Positions 28,531 to 39,062 of a DNA stretch of 50,066 nucleotides are shown here, in pieces. Under the pieces are notes generated by a model. That model did not search any database. It worked only from the letters and a program-made list of their open reading frames with translations, and was not told the origin of the DNA. The number at the start of each line of letters is the position of its first letter. The first letter of the stretch is position 1. The position numbers and the translations under genes are program-made. The stretch lies in assembly GCA_964436705.1 (NCBI GenBank), contig CAYTEI010000003.1, forward strand, positions 2,164 to 52,229. Reading direction: 5' to 3'. The DNA is from an uncultured Thermococci archaeon (GTDB lineage: Archaea; Methanobacteriota_B; Thermococci; Thermococcales; CAYNOZ01).

Positions 28531-30050
28531 TAACTATGATACCCATTATAATTGTGTCACCATTGATTTGCGGATTTATCTTATCATTTATCCCTATTAT
28601 GATAGATAATGAGTATGTAGATGAATTCTTATTGATTATTGGAATATTTCTGCCATGGGCCTATTTTTTAACCTCATTCGAATCAACTCATGAGGTTTTG
28701 GGAGGTTGGTCTCGTTACACGGGAATTGAAGTAGGAATCGGTGGGTTTGACTTTTATTTCATCTTAGCAGAGCTAATACTTTTTTCACTTGTATCAATTT
28801 ATTCTTTAGGTTATTTTGAACATGATAGATTGAATAAGGTTTACTCATTATTTCTATTGATGCATGCTGGTCTTTTAGGTGCATTTATTAGTAGAGATCT
28901 TTTTAATTTCTATATTTATTTAGAAATAGCTTCAGCAGCTGTTTTTGGATTAGTTGGTATTTCAAATGTAAAAGGAGCTAAAAAAGCCGCTTTTAAATAT
29001 ATAACTTTTTATTTCATAGCCTCATACTTTTTCATATTAAGTATTGCCATAATATATATGGAAACCGGATACCTAAATCTTCAACTAATCAAAGAAAACC
29101 TAGTTATGAGCTTAGGCCTCAGATTTGCCATTGGGTTAGCTTTTGTGAGCTTAATTTTGAAGGCAGGAATCTTTCCTCTGTATTTCTGGCTACCAGATGC
29201 CCATTCAAAGGCTCAAACACCAGTAAGCGCATTATTATCCGGTATGATGGTAAAAGGGTCTGTTTTTGGAATGATCCTTTTAGGAAATCATTTCCCCATC
29301 GGTTTCTTGTCTGAGCCACTGAAAATCGTAGCATTTTCTTCCATGGCCTTTGGAGTTATATTGGCACTGGTACAAACCAATATAAAAAGACTTTTAGCTT
29401 ATCATACGGTATCCCAACTCGGATATGTCTTATTGGGAATTTCCACTTTGAACTTTCGTGGGGCCATCTTCCATGTATTTGCTCATTCATTGTTTAAATC
29501 TGGACTTTTCCTAGGAGCAGGTGCACTTATAGATGATCAAAACACTGAAAAACTAAATAAACTTGCATATGATCGTAATTGGGCCTTAATTATTTCTATG
29601 ATATTTCTTAGTTTAGCTATTGGGGGAATCTCACCATTTATCGGAGGTTTCAGTAAGAATCTTCTCCTTTCAGAAATTAATGGTATTTGGAAATATCTTT
29701 TCTATTTAGTGAGTATTGGAACATTGGTTTCTTTTACTAAAATGAATTATTATTTGCTAAGTAATAATGGATCTTCTTCACCTAGACCCTTATCAGTTTT
29801 CGTGACTTTATGTAGCGGTGCTTTAACACTTGGTTTTGGTTTATATTTCTTCCCTAAGCTCAAATTAATAGATCTTGGGTTGTTAATGATTGGAATATTA
29901 GTGTTCTTCGGATTAAAGTACTTAGGATTATTCAAACTGAATATTAAAAATCCGGTAAAGGAGAGAGTTAAAGGGGTTGGTGGTGAGAATAATTTTTATG
30001 CAGTTGTTTTTGTCTCCTTTTTGATTTTGATATTATTACAGGGTTTCTAG
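28527..30050 (+). CDS. mnhD: Na+/H+ antiporter subunit D (MnhD/MbhH-like)
   Basis: DLFNFYIYLEI, LKAGIFPLYFWLPDAHS, KRLLAYHTVSQLGY, HSLFKSGLFL, GFSK motifs. Confidence 0.92.
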   Translation: MITMIPIIIVSPLICGFILSFIPIMIDNEYVDEFLLIIGIFLPWAYFLTSFESTHEVLGGWSRYTGIEVGIGGFDFYFILAELILFSLVSIYSLGYFEHDRLNKVYSLFLLMHAGLLGAFISRDLFNFYIYLEIASAAVFGLVGISNVKGAKKAAFKYITFYFIASYFFILSIAIIYMETGYLNLQLIKENLVMSLGLRFAIGLAFVSLILKAGIFPLYFWLPDAHSKAQTPVSALLSGMMVKGSVFGMILLGNHFPIGFLSEPLKIVAFSSMAFGVILALVQTNIKRLLAYHTVSQLGYVLLGISTLNFRGAIFHVFAHSLFKSGLFLGAGALIDDQNTEKLNKLAYDRNWALIISMIFLSLAIGGISPFIGGFSKNLLLSEINGIWKYLFYLVSIGTLVSFTKMNYYLLSNNGSSSPRPLSVFVTLCSGALTLGFGLYFFPKLKLIDLGLLMIGILVFFGLKYLGLFKLNIKNPVKERVKGVGGENNFYAVVFVSFLILILLQGF

Positions 30051-30449
30051 GGTTATTTCTTCTACTTCTTTGTTATCTAAGATTTTTTCTTGAAGATTCT
30101 CAAGGGAAATGTCAGATTCACTAATATCGGCGATCATAATTATTGCAGCTAATTCAACTTCTTCTACGCCTTGGCTCTCATTAAAGAGAATATTTATTTT
30201 ATATTCGCCAAGTATACCACTTATTTGCGCTAAAACTCCTGGTTTATCCTTTACGATCGCCTTCATTTCGACCAGTTCTTTTCCTTCAACTGCTATTCTT
30301 TCAATATTAGCCTCTTTTAGTTCTGGGTCTATTCCAACTAAAAAATATGCTCCTTCTAAAGCTCCTAACTCGTGAATATATTCCTTAGGAATTTCTATTT
30401 TACCATCTTCTTCAATCTTAGTAATTTCATATTGCCTCATTGGGATCAT
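30036..30449 (-). CDS. AbrB-like N-terminal plus ACT domain protein, putative regulator
   Basis: KIEEDGKIEIPKE (AbrB-like) and DKPGVLAQISGILGEYKINIL (ACT). Confidence 0.8.
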   Translation of the reverse strand: MIPMRQYEITKIEEDGKIEIPKEYIHELGALEGAYFLVGIDPELKEANIERIAVEGKELVEMKAIVKDKPGVLAQISGILGEYKINILFNESQGVEEVELAAIIMIADISESDISLENLQEKILDNKEVEEITLETL

Positions 30450-30667
30450 TTAATATTATAAAGAATCATTGAAAAAATTGATCATACCAAATTAATCAAA
30501 AATTCCAAATCATGGAGACTTTGATTAGAAGGTTAGAAATCACAGCCTTTTAGATGGATCAGTCCTTAAATAATTTATAGGGTTAGTTGTATTATGTATG
30601 TTTTTCAGAATTGATCTATACATCTAGATATTTTACTTGATTTTAAAATTAGAAGTGAGGGGATAGT

Positions 30668-31732
30668 TTGGAAAAAGATCAAGAACGTAAGATAGCTCTT
30701 ATCGGTTTTGGAACTGTAGCAACCGGGTTTCTAAAGGAATTGGTGAATAAAAAATCTGAATTAAAAGATAAATATGATCTTAGGAATAGAATTGTTGCGG
30801 TCGCTAATAGCAAAAGATCTTTATATACGGCAGAAGGCCTAGATCCTGGAAAATTAATTAAGAATAAAGACGATCTGACTAGATATACTGCTAATCAAGA
30901 TTTAAAGAAAGATTTAGATCCTAAAAAGATCATTGAAAAAGATAATGTTGATACTATAATTGAGACGACTTGGACTGATTTAGATACTGGCGAACCCGGA
31001 TATAGCCATATTAAAACGGCTTTAAAAAAAGGTAAAAATGTTATAACTTCAAATAAAGGTCCTTTGGCTTTAAATTACTTTGAACTAAGTGATCTTGCCC
31101 GATCGAATAATGCCTACCTGAGATACGAAGCCACCGTAATGGCTGGAACACCAACTATTAATTTAATGAAGGAAGATCTCGCTGGTTGTAATATAAAAAG
31201 CGTAAGAGGGATCCTCAATGGCACTACAAATTATGTCTTGTCCAAAGTGGAAAAAGAAGGTTGGGGGTGTAGAGAGGCTCTGCAAAAAGCTCAGGAATTA
31301 GGCTACGCCGAGGAAGATCCTTCAGCAGATATTGAAGGATGGGATACTGTAGCTAAGGCTGCAATAATCTCAAATACTATCTTCGACAAAAACATAAATC
31401 CAAAAGAGATAGATAGACAGGGTATTGGAGATATCTCTATCAAAGATGTTAAGGAAGCAAAGGAAAATAATAGTAAAATAAAATTAATTGCTAATCTGGT
31501 AAAGAATAAGAATAAATTAGAAATTTCTGTAAAACCAGAGAAACTAACGGAAGGGGATCCACTGTCACAGGTTGATGGAGCTAGTAATGCTCTATCGATT
31601 GATACTGACCACTTAGGTTCAGTTGATATAATTGGCTCTGGAGCTGGTGGACCTGAAACTGGTCAGGCTATTTTAAACGATTTAATAAGAATTGAACAGT
31701 TTTTAAGAAAAGGAGATAGTTTTAAAATCTAG
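30668..31732 (+). CDS. hom: Homoserine dehydrogenase
   Basis: GFGTVA, TSNKGP, YEATVMAGTP, GILNGTTNY, AQELGYAE, GAGG motifs. Confidence 0.95.
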   Translation: MEKDQERKIALIGFGTVATGFLKELVNKKSELKDKYDLRNRIVAVANSKRSLYTAEGLDPGKLIKNKDDLTRYTANQDLKKDLDPKKIIEKDNVDTIIETTWTDLDTGEPGYSHIKTALKKGKNVITSNKGPLALNYFELSDLARSNNAYLRYEATVMAGTPTINLMKEDLAGCNIKSVRGILNGTTNYVLSKVEKEGWGCREALQKAQELGYAEEDPSADIEGWDTVAKAAIISNTIFDKNINPKEIDRQGIGDISIKDVKEAKENNSKIKLIANLVKNKNKLEISVKPEKLTEGDPLSQVDGASNALSIDTDHLGSVDIIGSGAGGPETGQAILNDLIRIEQFLRKGDSFKI

Positions 31733-31861
31733 TAAATATAATTTCTGTTATTATTTTTTTCATTTACCTTTAGTATCTAATCAGTTAGGAAGCTACTCCT
31801 TATTTTTATCTTAATCCCTAGATACTTAAGGAGTTAATAAGTTGATTTGAGGGGTATTAAC

Positions 31862-32290
31862 ATGACAGATGCGGAAAGTGGTTCAGATAATTGTACCTTC
31901 TGTAAAATTATTTCAGGTGATCTTCCATCATACAAAGTCTATGAAGATGAAAGAACTATCGCTATATTAGATAAATATCCAATTTCAAAAGGACACACCC
32001 TAGTTATACCCAAAACACATAGGCCTGATTTTCTGAGTATGAAAATGGAAGAATCTGTTGAGGTTATGAAGTCTTTAAAAAAGGTTTCAGAGGCTGTTTA
32101 CGAGGCGCTAGAGACTGAATCATTTAATATTGTACAATCTAATGGAAGAACTGCTGGTCAAGAGATATTTCATGTACACTTTCATATAATCCCTCGTTAT
32201 GGAAATGAAATTAGGATCAATGCAGATGGATTTAATTATTCCACTGGTGAAAAAGAAAAAATTTTAGAATCTGTTAAAGATAGATTTTAG
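31862..32290 (+). CDS. HIT-family nucleotide hydrolase
   Basis: CTFCKII, GHTLVIPK, HVHFHIIPR motifs. Confidence 0.93.
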   Translation: MTDAESGSDNCTFCKIISGDLPSYKVYEDERTIAILDKYPISKGHTLVIPKTHRPDFLSMKMEESVEVMKSLKKVSEAVYEALETESFNIVQSNGRTAGQEIFHVHFHIIPRYGNEIRINADGFNYSTGEKEKILESVKDRF

Positions 32291-32297
32291 TGAGAAT

Positions 32298-33443
32298 ATG
32301 AATATACTATTGTTCCTTTTTATATTGTTTGGTTCTGCGGTCACTTTCGGCGAAATTTTTGAAAAAATGGATTTTCCCGCCCCTATTGGCGAGGTTTTTG
32401 GCGGATTAATCGTCGGTATAATACTTGTATTGATTGGAGGTTTATCTCCTGAGATTGGTTTTTATGATGAGACAAATGCTATTGTTAAAGTAGGAGAAGC
32501 TATTGTTGCTATATTAATAGGTGCTGGTATAGATATTCAGGAGATACGTGATCATGAAAAAGAATCTATGATTATTGCATTGTTTGGAATTATCTTTTGC
32601 CTGATCTCTGGTGGAGTTTTGGGTTATATTTTTGGTTTGACAATAATGGAAGCATTGTTTATAGGTTCTTCTTTGGCTATATCTGCCACTTATATAAATG
32701 TACCATTATTGGATTCTTTAGGCAGATTAAGAACTAAATCTGGATTTTCCTTGATAGAAGCTGCTGTAATTGATGATGTTGTTGGTATATTAATGCTTTC
32801 CTCAATGATATTTATTTTAGAACACCCTCAAGAACCAATTCTAATAGATATTGGGATAATTAGTGTAGAATTCATTATATTCTTTATTTTGATGTATATT
32901 TTCGAATCTTATGTTTTTGATTGGATTTTAGAGGGGCAGATTAATCAGATTTACAGGCTAAGCTTAGTTATTTTATTCGGTTTAGGTTTCTCTTATCTTT
33001 CTGAATTTTTAGGATTTCACATAATCTTAGGGGCATTTTTGTATGGAATTCTTCTTAGAAGAGTTTTGAAGTCCCACGATGTGGAGAGACTTACTTCTTG
33101 GGGATTTGCATTTTTCGCCCCTCTTCACTTTGGTTGGATAGGATTTAATGTTAGTTTTGAAGCTTTATTCACTTACTTTATGTTAGGATTGCTTATTTTG
33201 GCTTTTATTGGTAAGATTGGTGGTTGTAGCATTGGTTCTTTTTTGTCCGGGTTTTCTCTTAGGGATTCTTTATTCATTGGTATAGGTATGAATGGTCGAG
33301 GAGTAGTTGAACTCTTTTTTGTGTATGCAGCACTTAGCGCTGGTTTGATTAATGATTTGATTTATTCAAGTATTGTATTTATGGCGTTGATTACTTCTTT
33401 GACTACTCCTTTGTTGTTATCGGAGTTAAGCGATTATTGGTAA
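32298..33443 (+). CDS. CPA2-family cation:proton antiporter
   Basis: About 12 TM helices; AAVIDDVVG, GAF, and GRG motifs. Confidence 0.88.
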   Translation: MNILLFLFILFGSAVTFGEIFEKMDFPAPIGEVFGGLIVGIILVLIGGLSPEIGFYDETNAIVKVGEAIVAILIGAGIDIQEIRDHEKESMIIALFGIIFCLISGGVLGYIFGLTIMEALFIGSSLAISATYINVPLLDSLGRLRTKSGFSLIEAAVIDDVVGILMLSSMIFILEHPQEPILIDIGIISVEFIIFFILMYIFESYVFDWILEGQINQIYRLSLVILFGLGFSYLSEFLGFHIILGAFLYGILLRRVLKSHDVERLTSWGFAFFAPLHFGWIGFNVSFEALFTYFMLGLLILAFIGKIGGCSIGSFLSGFSLRDSLFIGIGMNGRGVVELFFVYAALSAGLINDLIYSSIVFMALITSLTTPLLLSELSDYW

Positions 33444-33630
33444 TTTTTTTTCATAGATCCTTGTTATGATTGTTTTTTTGTTTATTTTTCTGGTGAATTT
33501 TGGTCTTTGTCATTTTTATGTGCTTTTCTTAAATTAAATTGATAATTGATTATTGTTTATTTTGTTATTTATTTAATTTGATAGGGGAAAAATATATAAA
33601 TGGTCAATATGATTCCAGTAACGTGATATA

Positions 33631-34606
33631 ATGTCAGAATCACAATTAAATATTGAAGAAAAGTCAAAAATTATAGAGGATCTTACCGAAAGTGTCGAAA
33701 AACAATATGAACAAATCCAAACCCCACAAAGAAAGGCTGCAGTAAAAATACAAAGCAGTCTGAGAAAAACGATGAGCGACTTTCTAAAAGAAGAAGAATT
33801 CACAGAAATCTCACCAGTTATACTATCCCCAGTAACCATTAGACTCCAGCCAAGACGATTCCACTATAAACTACTATGGAAGAAACTACCAGCTAACCCA
33901 GAGCATGATATTCCATAAACAGATGTCACTGCTATCATTAGATAAATTATTTATCTTCTCACCAAACGTAAGATTGGAAAAACCCCACAAGAAAGAGACC
34001 GGTAGACATCTAGCAGAATTTACCCAACTAGACTTGGAGATCAAAAACGCATCCAGATCAGAAATAATGGATCTTGGAGAGAGAATGATAAAAACCACAA
34101 TCCAAAAAATCAAATCCGAACGTTCTCAAGAATTGGATATACTAGAAAGAGATCTTAAAGTTCCAAGCACACCTTTCGATCAAATAAAATTCAAAGATGC
34201 CAGAGAGGAATATGGTGATGATTTCGAAGCAATACTTTCGAAAGAACGTGATGTACCATTTTGGTTAGTAGATTTCCCTATTGAGGAACGAGAATTCTAT
34301 GATAAGGAATATTCGGATAAAAAAGGAGTTTTAAAGGATATGGACCTAATTTATCCTGAAGGGTTCGAAGAAGCTATATCGGGTGGAGAAAGAGAACACG
34401 AATACTCAAAATTAGTGAATAGAATTGGAAGAGCAGGCCTAGATCCGGAACAATTTAAATGGTATTTAGAAATGGCGAAGAAAGGCTTACCAGCATCTGC
34501 TGGATTTGGAATTGGTATAGAAAGGTTCACAAGATACGTATGTGGATTAGATAAGATAGAAGATTCAACTCTTTTCCCTAAAGTTCCTGGAAGATTCGGT
34601 CTCTAA
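33631..34606 (+). pseudogene. Archaeal asparagine synthetase (AS-AR, AsnRS catalytic-core paralogue), frameshifted near 33835
   Basis: Frame A reads ...SPVILSPVT and continues in frame B as LDSSQDDSTINYYGRNYQLTQSMIFHKQ...SPNVRLE...RHLAEFTQLDLE...SGGERE...SAGFGIGIER. The expected TDPL lacks about 5 nt. Could be an assembly error. Confidence 0.8.
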
Positions 34607-34750
34607 ATTTATTTATTCTATATTTTTTTTCTAACACAGTATTCTTTATTCGGTCACCTAACTACAACTTTTATAACTTCTACTTACTTATCTCAATTAG
34701 TGGGTTAATCAAGAAGCCCCCTCTTAAATATTCAAGTTAGATGTGATATT

Positions 34751-35086
34751 ATGAAAAATATGGGTAATCTAGATCCTAGGAAAATGAAGAAAATGATGAA
34801 GCAAATGGGAATGGAAACAGAAGAAATTGAAGCGGAAGAAGTAATTATAGTGAAGGAAGACGAGGAAATACACATTAGGAGTCCTGATGTTAATAAGATA
34901 GATATGATGGGGCAAGAGACGTTCCAGATCACGGGTGAAGAGGAAGTAGAGAAAAGAGAGATGGAGATTCCTGATGAAGACATTGATATGGTTGTTCAGA
35001 AGGCTGATGTGTCTGAAGAAAAAGCGGAAAAGGCTCTTCGAGACAATGATGGGGATATAGCTAAATCTATAAAGGATCTTCAGTAA
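34751..35086 (+). CDS. nac: Nascent polypeptide-associated complex protein
   Basis: PRKMKKMMKQMGM, GQETFQI, and UBA-like ALRDNDGDIAKSI. Confidence 0.95.
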   Translation: MKNMGNLDPRKMKKMMKQMGMETEEIEAEEVIIVKEDEEIHIRSPDVNKIDMMGQETFQITGEEEVEKREMEIPDEDIDMVVQKADVSEEKAEKALRDNDGDIAKSIKDLQ

Positions 35087-35251
35087 TTTGTTATTATTAG
35101 TTTCTTATTTTTCTATTTCTAGATCGATATTCTTTATTGATTAGGTTTGATATACATATCTATCTACACAAAGGTATTAAATTCTTTGACCCTCTATTTT
35201 CTTATGATATATTTGTTATTTTAACATGTTTGATGATTATTGGTGTTAAGT

Positions 35252-36373
35252 ATGCAAGAAGATATTGATGATTTACTTGAGCGTTTAGAGGAGAGTGAGG
35301 ACAGTTTAAAGGAATTAAAGTCTAAAGTTAAGCAGATGGAGAAAGTTAGTCCAAAGAAACCTTATGTCGGTGAGAAGGAAAGTAAAAGAAGTTTTGAAGA
35401 TCTCTCCGTTAAAGATAAGGTGGAAATAATCGATCAAACAATTCTAAAAAACTTAGAATATCTAAAGTATTCTTTCTATAAACTAGGTTATAGATTTGAT
35501 ATCTTTGAAATGATACAAAATAAGGCCCCTACTATCAAAGAAGCTCAAAATATAGGCATGATGCCAAACAAAGACTTTTTAAAAAGATATTTGAAAACAG
35601 GAACCAAGCTTGGGGTCTTTGAAAAGGAAAATAATCAGATAACACTTGATCCTGAATTCAATGTATCCTTTAGCCATTTAGACTACTCAGAAATCGTGTA
35701 TGACTACATAACGATGTATGATAATATCGCCAAGATGGGGCAGTATGCTGGAATAAATTATGATCACCCGAGCATTTTCCTTGGTTTCGAAAAAGATGCT
35801 GACTTTTGGGACCTAACTCTAAACAATACATTTCACCTCTATTTTAGATCAGTTATAGCTGAATATATGGATATAGAAGGTAAGAGAGTGCTAGATGTAG
35901 GGTGTGGATCAGTCTCACCAAGATACTTTGGAAAGAAAATCGGGCCACAAGGACTTTACAGAGGAATAGACATCTCCAGAAAATTACTCAAAATAGCGGA
36001 AAACAGAAAGTCCAAGGAGGGACTAGACTGGGTTGATCTTAAAAAGATGAATGTAGTCGACCTGTATCCTAAACCAAAATATGATATCGCAATAGCTTCA
36101 TTAACATTTAAATACCTAGAAAAAGACGCAAGAATACTGAAAAACATAATGAAATCCCTCTTACCCGGAGGAAAACTAATAATCTTTAATGAAGTCTTCC
36201 CAGAAAAAATAAGTAAAAACATAGCAGCACTAAAATTCTTCAATTCACTAAGCAAGTACTACACCCAATATCTGGAAGCAAAAGAAATAAAGAACCAGAT
36301 CGAAAAGCTGGGAATCGAATACGAAACAGAAACTTTAGGTAACAGCTTCCTCATAATAAAGAAGAAAAAATAA
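35252..36373 (+). CDS. Class I SAM-dependent methyltransferase with N-terminal coiled coil
   Basis: VLDVGCG, GIDIS, and LLPGGKL motifs. Confidence 0.85.
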   Translation: MQEDIDDLLERLEESEDSLKELKSKVKQMEKVSPKKPYVGEKESKRSFEDLSVKDKVEIIDQTILKNLEYLKYSFYKLGYRFDIFEMIQNKAPTIKEAQNIGMMPNKDFLKRYLKTGTKLGVFEKENNQITLDPEFNVSFSHLDYSEIVYDYITMYDNIAKMGQYAGINYDHPSIFLGFEKDADFWDLTLNNTFHLYFRSVIAEYMDIEGKRVLDVGCGSVSPRYFGKKIGPQGLYRGIDISRKLLKIAENRKSKEGLDWVDLKKMNVVDLYPKPKYDIAIASLTFKYLEKDARILKNIMKSLLPGGKLIIFNEVFPEKISKNIAALKFFNSLSKYYTQYLEAKEIKNQIEKLGIEYETETLGNSFLIIKKKK

Positions 36374-36385
36374 CTAAAGAAAGAT

Positions 36386-37003
36386 CTAGAAGAATTCTTT
36401 ACCTTTTTCATAACCTAATTCAAAAGCCTTAAGGTTCTCATTTACAGCTCTAGATGGTACAGTATCTTCCACCACGTTTTTCAAGACATCAATATCGATA
36501 GGGAATTCATTTAAAGCACTAACGGCACCTAATAAAACAACATTCTCCGTTCTAGGATTACCAGCATCCTCAGCCAAACCAGTAGAATCAATCATATTAA
36601 TCCTATCGGTAACCTCTTTTAAACCCTTTAAAACATCATCGAAATCAACGTACTCCTTATCCTCATCAACTACTTCACTTGTCTCAACGGGGTGATGTAG
36701 AACCCTTTCATTAGTTAGAACAACCCCATTATCCTTTAAGAACTCTATATACCTAAGAGATTCTATAGCTTCCATAGAGATCAACACATCAGCCTCGCCA
36801 TAGGGAACCAATGGAGAAATAGCATCCTCCCCAATCCTCAAATGAACATAAATCGAACCACTTCTCTGAGACAAACCATGCTGTTCACCAGTAATAACCT
36901 CTTTATCAACTCTATTACAGGCTTTACCAATTACTTCAGATAAGAGCATTAATCCCTGACCACCAACACCAGAAAGCATAATATTATACTTATCACTCAT
37001 CAT
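36386..37003 (-). CDS. iorB: Indolepyruvate:ferredoxin oxidoreductase beta subunit
   Basis: GVGGQG, HGLSQRSGS, E.LRY, NVVLLG, NLKAF motifs. ATG follows GGAGGTGA. Confidence 0.92.
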   Translation of the reverse strand: MMSDKYNIMLSGVGGQGLMLLSEVIGKACNRVDKEVITGEQHGLSQRSGSIYVHLRIGEDAISPLVPYGEADVLISMEAIESLRYIEFLKDNGVVLTNERVLHHPVETSEVVDEDKEYVDFDDVLKGLKEVTDRINMIDSTGLAEDAGNPRTENVVLLGAVSALNEFPIDIDVLKNVVEDTVPSRAVNENLKAFELGYEKGKEFF

Positions 37004-38882
37004 CTTCACCTCCAGTAGATTCAATGGCATCAATTGGACATAGCTTAGCACACACCATACAGCCATCACAGAGATCCTGATGAATCACACTATGCTTTGT
37101 CTCTGGATCCACCTCAATAGCTGGACAATAAAAATCATTAATACACGCATAAATAGAGCTACAATTTTCATCATCGACCTCATTAGGTATAATTGGCTCA
37201 CCACGCTTCCTCTTTAATCTATCATTGTAAAGAGCGCAAGGACCCTCCGAAATAAGAACCGAAACCCCATCATACTCAATAGTCTCCTCAATATCCTCAA
37301 CATTATTCTTAGGATCGAAAGCATTGATCTTAGTAACCTTATCAACACCAATCCCTTCTACAACTGATACAATATCTACCTCACTAACAGGATCCGGGCC
37401 AAAGTCAGAACCAGGATTAGGCTGCTGACCAGTCATCGCAGTTACACTATTATCCAGAATTATCACAGTTAAATTCTGATTATTATGTACGGCATTAACT
37501 AGACCTGGTAAACCTGCGTGGAAGAAGGTTGAATCTCCAATCATTGCTATTACATCATCATTAAGAACGTGCTGCATCCCACTTGAAAGACCCATAGAAG
37601 AACCCATACACAGAACAGAATCAGTCTTATTATAAGGCTCTAAGAGTAACATCGAATAGCAGCCAATATCATTATTAAGCACGTAATCTTTATCCTCAAC
37701 AGCTTTTTGCACGGCTTGAAGAGTAGCTCTATGCGGACATCCAGGACAGAAAATTGGTGATCTCTGAGAAAGCTTACCTTTTAAATCATTAGCTCTCTCA
37801 ACATATCTATCATAATCATTAGAAGATTCTAGATCAAGAGCAGAAGATAATCCATCCATTACTTTAGGTACATCATACTCGCCTACCATATTAAAATCAT
37901 CAGTATTCTTACCTTTGATCTCTAAATCAGGATTCACTTCTTTTGCTAGAGCAGTGATCTTTTCTTCAATATAAGGCATTAACTCCTCAACTACTACAAG
38001 AGTTTCGAGATCTTTTATAAAACCAGTAATAGTTCCTAATGGTAATGGATAGGTCGTTCCAAGTTTTAGGATGCTTGGATCAATTTCAAGATTATCAAGA
38101 GCTTCTAAAGTATGTAGATATGAAACTCCCGATGTTATAACACCGATATCGCTGCTCCCCTCAATAAACTTATTAAATTGATTATCTTCAAATTCTTTTT
38201 GGATTTCATCTATTTTTTCTAGGGCTTCTCCTTTTAATCGTCTTGCAGTAGCTCCGATAGTGTAGTAATTATCTTTTACATCTTCCCAATCTTTTTTCTC
38301 AAATTTGGATCTATTAACTTCGCCAAGTTCAATATTGGAGCTTTGATGATTAACTCTTGTTGTAGTCCTTACTAAGGTGACAATCTCGTGTTTTTCTGAT
38401 AGTTCGAAGGCCCATTTAACCATTTCATATGCTTCTTGGGCTGTCGATGGCTCGATCATTGGTACATGTGCTGCTTGAGCATAGTATCTGGCGTCTTGTT
38501 CACTTTGTGATGAGTGGGCGTGAGGATCATCGGCCGCAAGTAGTACCATTCCCGCGTTGATCCCGGTATATCCTAAACTGAAGAAGGTATCACTTGCAAC
38601 GTTTAGTCCAACGCTTTTCATTGAGGTGAATGCTCTTACTCCAGCCATGGAGGCGCCGGCAGCAGTTTCTAGAGCAACTTTTTCGTTAGAAACTACTTCC
38701 ATTTTAAGATCTTCATAGTTCTCGGATAACTGATAAACTGTATCAAGTATCTCGTTTGTTGGGGAACCAGGGAAGAAGGCTGTTACTTTTGCATCACTTT
38801 CGAGAACTGCTCTGGCAATCCCTTGATTAGCAACCATAAAAGCTGTTTTGGGCTCAGGATCTATCAAATCATCTAGGGACAT
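36993..38882 (-). CDS. iorA: Indolepyruvate:ferredoxin oxidoreductase alpha subunit
   Basis: NEKVALE, MKSVGLNVASD, SSQSEQD, FCPGCPHR, DIGCY, IGDSTFFH, TAMTGQQP, plus C-terminal Fe-S cysteines. Confidence 0.95.
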   Translation of the reverse strand: MSLDDLIDPEPKTAFMVANQGIARAVLESDAKVTAFFPGSPTNEILDTVYQLSENYEDLKMEVVSNEKVALETAAGASMAGVRAFTSMKSVGLNVASDTFFSLGYTGINAGMVLLAADDPHAHSSQSEQDARYYAQAAHVPMIEPSTAQEAYEMVKWAFELSEKHEIVTLVRTTTRVNHQSSNIELGEVNRSKFEKKDWEDVKDNYYTIGATARRLKGEALEKIDEIQKEFEDNQFNKFIEGSSDIGVITSGVSYLHTLEALDNLEIDPSILKLGTTYPLPLGTITGFIKDLETLVVVEELMPYIEEKITALAKEVNPDLEIKGKNTDDFNMVGEYDVPKVMDGLSSALDLESSNDYDRYVERANDLKGKLSQRSPIFCPGCPHRATLQAVQKAVEDKDYVLNNDIGCYSMLLLEPYNKTDSVLCMGSSMGLSSGMQHVLNDDVIAMIGDSTFFHAGLPGLVNAVHNNQNLTVIILDNSVTAMTGQQPNPGSDFGPDPVSEVDIVSVVEGIGVDKVTKINAFDPKNNVEDIEETIEYDGVSVLISEGPCALYNDRLKRKRGEPIIPNEVDDENCSSIYACINDFYCPAIEVDPETKHSVIHQDLCDGCMVCAKLCPIDAIESTGGEDDE

Positions 38883-39062
38883 TAACCCACCTTAACATAT
38901 ACTATAAACTTATTTATTAAAATCTTTTTTAATCAGGTATAAAAAATAAGAATATGTAAAAATACAACAAATGTATCTATAAGAAAGAACTGTTAACCTA
39001 GTCTTTAAATACCCCAAATGCTTTGTTGAAAAGTAAAAATTAGAGGTTTATCTAATAAGGCT

